From the NCBI RefSeq assembly GCF_003918875.1, contig NW_025767357.1, positions 186,001 through 250,000 on the forward strand: a stretch of 64,000 nucleotides of DNA. Reading direction: 5' to 3'. The notes under the pieces were generated by a model. It did not search any database. It saw only the letters and a program-made list of their open reading frames with translations, and had not been told where the DNA came from. Positions 51,151 to 63,100 of this stretch are shown here, in pieces. Position 1 is the first letter of the stretch, and each line of letters starts with the position of its first letter. The translations under genes were made by a program, and so were the position numbers. This DNA comes from Haliotis rubra (Eukaryota).

Positions 51151-54100
51151 TCTCTCTCTCTCTCTCTAGCAATTACCAAGGGTTTCATCAAACAGACTGC
51201 CGAAATAATGTGACTCTGCACTTACCGTATTGTACGAACAGGGGACTCTGGTGTTCATGTCATCAACGGTGAGGTTACCGCTAGTCGGCTGAGTGAAGTA
51301 TATGGTCAAGTTGTCGCCGATGTCAAAGTCGTATGCCCCAAACTCCCATCTATATGTTGTTATGTTACTGTCATTTAAAGTAACATGCTCAGGGTAAATC
51401 TGAAAAATACAAAACTTATTGTAATAGAATTATATGAAAGGCATTAACATGGCATTAAACCACTAGGGAAAGTTATGTCCATTGTTCTTGGAAGTGTTTT
51501 ATTACCATAACTGAATAACTGCCCTAGGGCAATTGTTTCTATTTACAAACAATAAACTTGTACTAACTTTGATAATCTTCATCATGCCTAATACATTACA
51601 CGCATATTAAATAAGTATGCCCTCGTGGTGTAAGCCGTTTAATAACCCTCACAACGGACTAAAGCCCGAGTTTATTTAAATAACTACTTTGTAAGGGTGA
51701 TTAACCTATACATAACCGTGCATGCAACGCTGCAGGATGCTACAAGAGAACTGTTTCAATAACATATCACTTGGAGGAATACCTCAATTGGAAGTGTTGG
51801 ATCTGCATTAAGGACGTTGCCTTCATCACTGAAGACAAAGACGCTCGGTGGGTCGTTCACAGGATTGATGCTGATGCTGATGGTGGCGGCAGATTCAGCC
51901 GGGGTGATCCCAGGTACATCAACTTCGTATAATACCACTGGGATGTCTAAATTGCCATAGAAGTTAGCAGCAGGGGTAAAGGTCAATCTGAAATTTCATT
52001 GAAAAATGAACAGAAAGTGCAAAATATTTGGAATTGGTCTTTTCAGAAGACTACTTCTTAAGTGAGATTTTATAAATATCATCACAGTTCAGTGTGAATG
52101 TTAAGCCTCATACGAAACGGATTTTATAACTGGACGATTGTGGCGAAACAGATGATCGGATCCTGGTGGCTCAGGGACGTACGTTTTTCATGCCAAACAG
52201 ACGCACTGAGTTGTAACAGTTAACTGTTCCTTTCATCTGACCGTGAGCAGGTCTAGAAATTTCAGCTGTCCATTTCAATTTCAAAGCATTAAAGGCATGT
52301 TGAGTAAACATGACAAACAACAAACGATACCAAACAAGTCTAGATATTCAAAGGACATGTTCTATTGTAGAGAGCTTGCGTAACTTGCTCAGGTAACTAT
52401 CATGACGGTAATATACCATTAAAGAAAAGTAGGGGATATTGGATTTACAAGATTGATAAAATGAAAATTAATGATGAAGCCAAGGAGGAAACAGATGATG
52501 AAGAGAAATTAAGAGAAAATGTGACATTTCATTCCATTCCTTTGGAAATGTTTCATCTGTATGGATATATGTTACTTTGCTAGTGGTATGCTCGAAAAAT
52601 GGAATATCCCCTACCTTTTTGAATGGTATATGTGCGGTGTTCCCGCTTATGGAACCGATTTTAAGGGTCAATGCTGGACCTCGACCTGTTTATGAGTTTG
52701 GCTTATCTGCAGTCAAATGCAGTCATTACAATCAGCTATACATTTTATCTTAGTTATATGACTCCCGTCCTCGGTAAGCCAACACAGCATTGCAATACTC
52801 AATGCAGTATATGAAGCACGGTGACAATTCAGTTAGTTTGACTGTGGCATTATTATGGACTTATCATCAGAAAAACGGTCAACATACAATCCATCCTCTG
52901 ATAGAGTCAGTTCCAGATCTCCCACAACGAAGTCGTCGAGCATCCTGTACTTGACCACGTCTCCATTAGCGTCTGTGGATGTCATCTGGTATACCAAAGT
53001 GCCTGTCACAGATTAATGCATACTTCAGAAACATGAATAACATATTCGACACGTGTATGTATTAACAATGTATGTATTTCAATTAAAAATGCACGGAACG
53101 ATAAAGACAGCTAATGAATATGTATGTAGTCTTCTTGCACCATCCAAGAGACACATACCATGGTCTTCCTGCATGACAAGAGACACCGTCTAAGAGACAC
53201 ATACCATGGTCTGCCTGCCTGACAAGAGACACCATCTAAGAGACACATACCCTGGTCATCCTGCTTGACAAGAGACACCATCTAAGAGACACATACCCTG
53301 GTCTTCCTGCTTGACAAGAGACACAAACTAAGAGACACATACATTGGTCTTTCTGTATGACAAGAGATACCACCTCAGAGACGCATACCCTGTCTTCCGG
53401 CATGACAAGACATACCATCTCAGAGACGCATACCCTGTCTTCCGGCATGACAAGACATACCATCTCAGAGACACATACCCTGGTCTTCCTGCATGGCAAG
53501 AAACACAAGCTACGAGACACATACCCTGGTCTTCCTGCATGACAAGAGACGTCCTGCTGGTAAGCTGGGGAGGTGAGTTAGGTATCTGTGTCAGAGCTGA
53601 AGTCAGCAGGAACTGGGTCGGGTGTCTGAAGTACGTGTCTGACGCAGATCCCGGACTGCTGCTGTCTGCCAAGAATCTGGTGTTACATACCTAGTAAAAA
53701 TAAACCAAGCGTGTCACGCACACCTTTACAGACAAGTTGGTGGTGAGTGATATACCTGCTTGATACTGTAGAAAATGCTTCAGTTATGTTGGAAATCCAT
53801 GGTCTCCGACGAGACGGGGAAAACCGCATAAGTTACCCAACGGCTCTTCACAGAGCAATTGGAATAGTCCACGTGTTACATTGTATAACTCGCTTGATAA
53901 AACTCGTACAGCAAAGATCCATAAATTATTAGAAAACGCCCATATGGCGAAACAATGACTATATATTTGCCCTGTAACAAATAAGAAAACGACGTATGTG
54001 ATATGATAAATGTAAATGAAACAATAATCATGATCCCTTATTTATCTATGCGATTGTGAAGATATTGAAACACTCACTTTGACCATGACCCGAGAGGTCC

Positions 54101-57100
54101 CCGGGTCTCTGACCTCCGTGCCTGTTTCATGTTGACAGGTCTTGTTGCTCTGTTGCCACTGTTTGGCATCTGTATCATACAAACATCATTAAGCAGAGGC
54201 GATCTCCACTGATGTAATGCACGTTGCAATTGTGAGTTATTGCTTGATTGTCTAGTGAGTGAGTTGAGTTTTACGCCGCACTCAGCAATATTCCAGCTAT
54301 ATGGCGGCGGTCTGTAAATAATTGAGTCTGGACCACACAATCCAGTGATCAACAGCATGAGCATCGATCTGCGCAATTGGGAACCAATGACATGTGTCAA
54401 CCAAGTCAGCGAGCCTGACCACCCGATCCCGTTAGTCGCCTCTTACGACAGCATAGTGGCCTTTTGTGGCAAGCATGGGTTGCTGAAGACCTATTCTACC
54501 CCAGATCTTCACGGGTCCTGATTGTCTAGTAGAGCGTCTAGATAGCTTCAGTGAGGGAGTGTTTTTTTTGTCGATTTTAACAATACCCAATCAATATTCT
54601 GGCGGGGGACACCATAAATTGGGGTGACACATTTTACCCCTTTTTGAAGTGACGAGCGAACGATTTAACCACCATTCTCCCCCATCGCCCCTTCCAGATT
54701 AAATAATAGTAGCAATGACAAGACTTGACTTTCTGGATGATCAACTTCTTCATTTTGACAATGGCGACGTTTCGGTATAGATTCTTATACCGTTTTCAAG
54801 CATATGGGGGAATGATGGAGTACACCAGTTTATATACAAGATAAGATAAAGAGATAACAACGCTAGGAAAACAAAGCATTTAGACAAGGCTTCTAGAATG
54901 CCACAGAATAAATAATAGTAAATATTATAATATCAAGTACATGCAATCCGGGTGATCACTATATCCCCATGGATTTTACACGAAATTTCATCATCAACAT
55001 CAGTTCATATCAAAATACAGTTGACAGTGTCAGTCTGAAGTCTTCACCCAAAACACCACTGTGACGTGCTTCAGGGTCTCGTTGTTTCATATAATCATTT
55101 AAAACTAAATCATTCAACATCAACTTTATTTGACATTATTTGAATTTGGGTTATGGATAACAGTCTAGTACCCTGATCACTCGGAGACATCGTCTTGTAT
55201 CAATAATCAATTCATCAAAAAGGAAAATGGCTACTTATAGTATAGTTCCCCGTCAACATGGGTTGAACCAACTAAACCATTCCGTAATCGTAAAACTAGG
55301 AGTGGAAAACCATATCCACAAATTTTACAAATACGTTATAAAATCAGAATCCATTGTAATCTTTGAAATACCATGAGTATGTGCCTATGAATCAGTATTA
55401 AAAAGTGATGACACATGGTGTATCCCGAGGTCACAAACACATGCAGAGGCAAGTCACTTGCAGTGAAATGTATGCCCGGTGCATTAGGAAACAAGGGCAA
55501 AAGCTGTGGACTGGTTTCCTATGAAAGGAAGTACATATACAGAACATTACCTGTGTTCCAGTGAAGCAGCATCAACGTTGTGTTGGTCACCGTGGGATCA
55601 TAGGTGAAGGTCACTTTCACCGGTCCTGGCATGGGAAGATTACCAATGCTGGTGAGAGAGAACGAGAGGTCGGTTTCCTGGTAGTTGAGCCTCTTTCTGA
55701 GGATTCTGTCCGTGAAGGCATCTTCTGTGGTTGACGTAGATGGGTCAGTGATGTATGGGACGAACTCCACCGAGGCGTCAGACTTGTATTCCGTCTCTAG
55801 ATCCAGCTTTGTGAGCTCAGTGACTACGATGCTCTGACCAGTTTGTAGGCCTGTATCAGATATGACATACAACAAATGAAGTAAATCAGATTTGCTGTGT
55901 TCGTTATTGTTTTGACATGTACTGTCGAAATGAAACCGCTAATGCATGTACTTACCATCTGGTGTTGACACAGTTACTCCTGAAACATCCCTCTTTCTTC
56001 TAGCACCACCACCAACATCTACAGTAACGGCAGAACCATCTGACGACGTCGCCATCGAGGACTTGTCCGTCTCCACTATGGTAGAGCCCAGCAATATGGT
56101 GGTACACAACTGGGCCTCATTACACATCTTCATGAAGATGAACATCTCTGTGCCTGGAGCCATGGTGAAGGCTGACCTGTCCGTGGTGGTGTTGGATGCG
56201 TTGTAATTTGTCTTCAGCTGGCTCAGTGTGTAGACAACATTGCCGTTTAGTTTGAGGTATCCATCAGCTACTGTGATCGTCCCCGACTCGTTGTAGCCGA
56301 CCCAGGTGCAGGGGAAGATGTCACTGATGCTGGTCTCGGAATTCCCCACACAGAAATCTATATCAAGAATATGTGAACATGAACACTTACAATTCTCAAA
56401 CAAATCAGAGTTTTCGCCACATATCCATATTGGCAAAATTCGGAATGCGATAATAAACCCCAGTTCAACTAATAATAATAGACAAAGGAACCATGTCTTG
56501 GTATCAGCACAACTTTCAAACGGTATACTTGGGCAATTATCATCTGAGTCATTATCTTCTATTACATAAGCAATAATAATATGATAATATGAAATCTGGC
56601 CACAATCAATCCACCTGTGCACACATGTGATATAGTAAGTCTCCGCAAAATAATTCTACGAAATTCGTACACGACTTTGACTGACATTCAAGCAGTTTGT
56701 GAGTAAATAAGAAAGCAAAGAACTTCACAGATACAACTGGTTAACTGCTTACAGCAACGTTTCGATACAGATTCTGACACCGTTACCAAGCTGGAGTATT
56801 ATAGGGACGTGGTCAAGGTTATTGAGTCTCCACCAGTGGTAATAACTATTCAACCAGTCAGTGAGTGTGTTGAGTTTTACGCCGCACTCAGCAATATTCC
56901 AGCTACTTGAAGGCGGTCTGTAAATAATCGAGTCTGGACCAGACAATGCAGTGATCAACAGCATGAGCATCGATCTACTTATTTCGGAACCGAGGACATG
57001 TGTCAACCAAGTCAGCGAGCCTGACCAACCGATCCTGTTAGTCGCCTCTTACGACAAGCATGGGTTGCTGAAGATCAATGAGTGAGTGAGTGAGTTTAGT

Positions 57101-60100
57101 TTAACGCCGCACTCAGCAATATCCCAGCTATATGGCGGCGGTCTGTAAATCATCGAGTCTGGACCAGACAATCCAGTGATCAATAGCATAAGCATCGATC
57201 TGCGTGATTGGGAACCGATTACACCCGATCCCGTTAGTCGCCTCTTACGACAAGCATAGTCGCCTTTAATTGCAAGCACATGGGTTGCTGAAGACCTATT
57301 CTACCCCGGATCTTCAGGGGTAGCTGAAGATCAATTCTAACCCGGATCTTCAAGGGCGATTCAAACAAGCAAGAACACGTGACGGTGGAGATTTCGGATA
57401 ATGCTGAGAAACAGGATACATTTGTTTCTTGACGCTATTAATAGTTTGCGTATTCCCTAAAATGTACGCTCTAATGATGGTTACGTGTGCGCGCTGCTTG
57501 TATCGGCAATTGTTGGAAATACTTACTTGGGGCAGACACGTGTGTTGTTTTGTTGATGAAATCTGAGGTTCATGTGTTGACATTAAGGGTTAAATAACAA
57601 AGTTACCTGCAGTTACCACACATCAACATTATATGCACTGATCGGTAATTACCGTATCTCCGGATGCTCTCATCATCAGATACCGTCCAGGAAGCACCTA
57701 CAATATTCTGGTCCTTGGTTGCAATGGAATTTGGTGGCGTCACTGTCTCCCCTAGTGGATCAGCTCCCTGTATCGTCGTGATGACGTCATCAACCAAAGG
57801 AGACTTAAGCAGCACCGTCACACCTTAGGATAATTAGATGATGTAGACTTTTAGATACTTGTAGATATTTATATGTAACATTTGGAATTGTACTTTCTCA
57901 GTGAAGTACAGAATATAGTACTTTTGTTACGTTGAGTTCCATCCCAGATTCTAACCCACACTCTCAAAGTGAGGCACAAAATCGCCAGTACAAAACGTGA
58001 GCTGTCTTGCCCACTCCACTGGCTTCCACACTTTATTCATTTCACTTTAAATAAAACGTTTCAATGATCTTCTTGTCCTGAAGCAATGGAGTCACACATA
58101 ATACCCACTGTGCAATTAATTAAACCATAAGACTATGTTATTATTTTTCCTATAACGTCATTTGACAATTCTGACGCTCAACGATATTCAGCGAAACGTT
58201 TGAGATTCGCAAACGTAGGTCTCTATAGACAAGGATCAGGGCCGTGTTCAAGCAAAACGCTTCATATTTTGAAGACCACCGAAGAGATACGAGAGAGTTT
58301 CTGGTCAGTAGAATAAAATACCACATGTATGCGTGGCAAAACCTCTTCGACACCCATAAGAACTCTCTGCTAAAAGCAGAGTCGATTGTTATTGACGACT
58401 ATATATTGACCATGTGTTTATATATAAAGGTGAGTGCCCCACCAGTCGCAACCCTTACAAATACCTGCCAACCTAGCCAAGTGTTCACCTGAACAAAAAC
58501 GGGAATATATGGTACAAGTCAAAATAAGGAACTGAATCGGTCATCTTTTTTGGCAGTGTCACATTTGGAAATATCCTCCACATCTCACACGTTTCCCGGA
58601 ACTTATGAAAACAGTTGGCACGGAATCAGATATGAGTAAAATGACTAAAACCGTATACATTTTCTGAATATAAAGGAAAAAAATATGACAGTATTTTAAT
58701 ACATGCACAGCTCTGAAAAGAGTAATAATCAATTGTTTGATGTATTGAGGTACGCACCTCTGGGATCAGCGTATGTTGTGACCAGCCCACCCCCGTTGGT
58801 ACATCTGACGGTCACGTAGTACGTCGTGTTGTGTTCCAGGAGGCCTCCAAGATCGGAGTTAGTTGAGGTTGGGTATTCTCCTGCTGAGACAAATGTCTGC
58901 AACTCTTCTCCACCTGGCGTCTTGCCTATTGCCCAGTCGTAGTTCTGGAGATGTTAAATGTTCACGTCAAAACAATATCAACAATGTATGTTTTTGAGTG
59001 AACGCAACTGAACTTTAATGACTACACATTCAATACGTTCTTCTGGACCTGGTGTTCAAAGACTACTGGGCTGTCTGAGAATGCTATACAGTAGTTGGTT
59101 AAATGTTCGATTCCTCACACGGATAGTCAGACGCCGATTTCTGGTCCTACCGTCTAGATGTGGATGGAATATTGCTACCCCAATATATAAACTTCAGGTA
59201 TCACGAATGTCCATTGAACTAATTATACATGAACATGGTGATATTGAACACATGAGGACTGGATAAACGAGGCTTCATTGTGCATACACTTGCATGAAAC
59301 GTCCTACCTTGCTGACTATCACACAAAAAATAACAAACGTGATTGACACAACAACTTTTGATGGAAGGACTTTCCATCATGTTTCTGTTGAATTTACCAG
59401 TTTATATAAAAGAGATATTCTCAAATACCTCAACAAAGTCTTACCACAATTTCACTCTCGTTATCGTTGCACTTCCATATAGCCTTAATAGTGTCGTTGG
59501 ATCCCTGGTACGTCACAGGGGTGAAGTTGCCCTGAGTGACGTCGATGTAGAGCATGAGGTCAGGGTCGAACAGTGGTGGTGACGTGTCGATGTTGAAGCC
59601 GTCAGATGACGATACCGCCTCTGTACCAGACCCAAGGACAGCTTTCACTGGAATCATCAGATTTACCAAGTGGTTCATACATACGGAGCGGAGTGTACGA
59701 AGATAAAAGCATGGAGGTTTCTATGTTGCTTTGATATGCATACAGATCAGATAACAAATGCTGTGCTTCTGTCTTACGTTTTAACATTTCTGTTCCGTTC
59801 TCGATAAGGCGTACACCTACCTGTCTAAAACTGTTCAACTTACCTGTGAGGTAGTATAATACAGGGACTACTTCTCCCTCCACGACTGTTGATTCTGTGA
59901 GGTTGAGGTCGTTGAGGGTGATCTTGACCTGGTCTGTTGATGAGCTGTCACATGATGCGTCACATGTGTAGACGTCACAGGGAGTCAGACAGGGGATACA
60001 TGGTGTATGTACCTAGCAACACGTAGAACACGTCACAGTAAGCTGACGTAACGTCACAGGGAGTCAGACAGGGGATACATGGTGTATGTACCCACCAACA

Positions 60101-63100
60101 CACAAAAGACGTCACAGTAAGCTGATATAACGTCACAGGGAGTCAGACAGGGGATACATGGCGTATGTACATAGCAACACGTAGAACACGTCACAGTAAG
60201 CTGACGTTACCCTCATTACCCGACCAAAGACCACATCACGCAGACAGACATAACCGAAATACTGTTCCGTTCTCGCATAACACACGCAGTAAGCCCGTAG
60301 GAGTCACTTTTTCACATAAAAACATTCTATAGCTAATTAGTTAGACATGGATACACATTCTCACCTGCTGGTATGGCACTACATCGGACAACCCAGATGC
60401 AGACCCGATTCCAGCCTCATACCGAACAATGGCGTTGTTACCTCCTTGGAAAGGGTTGCCATAGCGACACAGATTCTCCTTTACAGCTGGCATCACCAGG
60501 TCACGGAATGAAGCCGTAGCACTCCAAACCTGTAGATGTCCTTCCGAATCTCGTTCAGTGTCAGGAATATAGTTCTTGTGATTCCAGACTCCCAGGAAGA
60601 GTTTGGTGTCGGGAGAGAGACGTGGTATCCCACATTGTTCCGTCAGGACATCTCCGTCCATTTAGATGAACATGCACCAGGTTATCTGAAGCAGGTATGT
60701 AAAATCAAGAACAAGTATGTCTTGTTGATTACTATGCAGGAAGGTTTTGCATGCTTCGAGCTTTTGCTTTCAAACGTATTGTAATATGGTTAAAGGGCAT
60801 TTGGTATGAGTGAGTTTAGTTTTACGCCGATTTTAGCAATATTCCAGCAATATCACGGCGGGGGACACCAGAAATGGACATAACACATTGTGCCCATGTG
60901 GGGAATCGAACCCGGGTCTTCGGCGTGACGAGCCAACGCTTTAACCACTAGGCTACCCCAACGCCCCAGACTTTTAGATACTTGTAGATATTTTTATGTT
61001 ACATTTCGTATGAGGAGTATATGACTCTGCATAATCATATAGTGTATGCATTCACTTGCAATATTAAACTCGTCACTTAATATTTATCTGTACCATGTAA
61101 CATTGTTCCTACTGATTGTCTATGCTTGGACATGGAAGATATTGGATCATATATGGTGGCATGGACCTGTGCTCTGCACATTCTGGGCATATGTGCCTTT
61201 TGACCCACTGTACATTGTAAGTATTATGACTGACAGATCCAATTTCATATGAAACTGGTATTGCGTGTAGCCCAATAAGAAAAAGGTTCTCTCGTTTTGG
61301 CAAATACCCAAATACGACTCTCTAGCCATACTCTCCCAGATATCAACTCGGTACCTCAGTACAAGTCCATCCGTTCGAACTGTTAGCAAATTACCAAGTA
61401 CATGTAACCAGATGCCTTCTGAAAGGTACTTGAGTTCACCCTTTCACGTGAAGACCCACCTCTTCAAATCACGTTTATAATATATTTCTGTACCTCTGAT
61501 TAAAACAGCCCACCTTCAATGTTCATGGGTGTGGCGCAGAGAGCATTAACTTGGGCGTAAAATGAATGGAATGGACGTATATCGACATCATCATCATCAT
61601 CATCATTGTTACTATTATGAGCATCACTACCTCTGACCCCCTGGCCTCATCCCTGTGTGTAGTGAACCTGATCCAGTACTGATGGTAATCTCCAGAAGGG
61701 TCTTGTTCCAGATTTCGCACAACTGACATCGGTTTATTCAAGTTGTCGCCATACCCACACCAGGCCACCAGTTTGGCTTCTTGTCCTGTAAAACATATAG
61801 AGTGTCATACCGCGCTCTTGGTGTTAACATTTGTCTGCTGTGTGTTGTGTAACCGCGCTCAGCAGTATTCCAGCTACATGGCGGCGGTCTGTAAATAATC
61901 GAGTTTTGACAAAACAGTTCACTGATCAACATCATGACCATCCCATAGGCGGATCCAGAGGGGGGGGTGCAGGGGTGCGCACCACCCCTTTTGTGCTGAA
62001 AGTTTGTTTATACACTATTGAAACTCGGGTGTAAATGAAGTGTGCACCCCTCCTTTTCTTAATAGTGTGCACCCCCCCCCCCCCCTTTCTCAAAAGCTGT
62101 ATCCGCCCCTGCATCCGTCAACCAGATTCAACCAGATCTACAACCCTGAAATCCCACCGGTTGCCACCAGCACGGACTCCTGAAGATCGTGTTCTAACAC
62201 GGCTCTTCTAGCGTCGAATAAACGCTTTTGTATTCTTATTAGAGACCGACATTTTAGTATCAGAATCCCATTAATGCGATGTCAGAAAACACCATTCTTC
62301 CTTCCATGACCCTGACCTGGTCATACGTTCACAAAAAGCTGCAAGCATTGACTATAAACCAACCAGCTCGTTCACGTACCCGAAAACAATTGCAACCCAC
62401 AGGACTTTCTGGGAGTAAGTTTCATTTTGTCCGCTTCAATCTTGTCAGTGATTGAACCAGTTTCCTGTAATTTCTTTTATCCTCATCCGTGAGCTTCGTC
62501 ACCTGATAGCCTGGGTCATCCTCGTCAACAGATCTCTTGCTGATGGTACTGACTGACCTCGTGGAACAGTTGCAGGCACAGGACTGGGATACCAAACAGA
62601 GATTCAAATCTTCAACTGAACATAGGACGAATCTGAAAACTCACAGCTGTCTAAAATGTTTATTCTATAGTCAAGTAAAATCTGAAATTACTTTTTACGA
62701 GTGTGTGTGTGTGTGTTTCTGCCTGCCTGCCTGTTTGTTCGTGATGGTATTGACACGTGTCAGTGTTACAATGCAAGCCCTCTGAGATATCATGCAGTTT
62801 TTTTATGAATAGCCAGCCCAGAGATCATATACAGCCTCTGACTCGATCCTACAGTAGTGTTATTTCCGACGTTATGCCGATCAAACGAAGGGTAACAAAA
62901 CGCTCTGTTTTAACGGTTTTTTTATTCAAACCATCAACCTCTGGCTCTCCTGACAGACACTTCACCTGACGACATAAGCGGCCTTACAATATCCAAGATG
63001 ACTTCTATTCTGAACGTATGCAAGTCCATGATTACTACATTATCACTTACATCAGGAACAGGATCCACCCTGCAACAGGCACACGCTGGGTCAGGCCAGA

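Noticed and set aside
54074-57279. Recurrent short ORFs such as MTHVIGSQLRRSMLMLLITG
   Set aside because: Chance translations of SINE family 2 copies.
61395-61418. Possible 24-nt minus-strand microexon (KASGYMYL) that might rescue the nonsense codon
   Set aside because: It is phase-neutral, so it would not bypass the TAA at 60664-60662; no other support.
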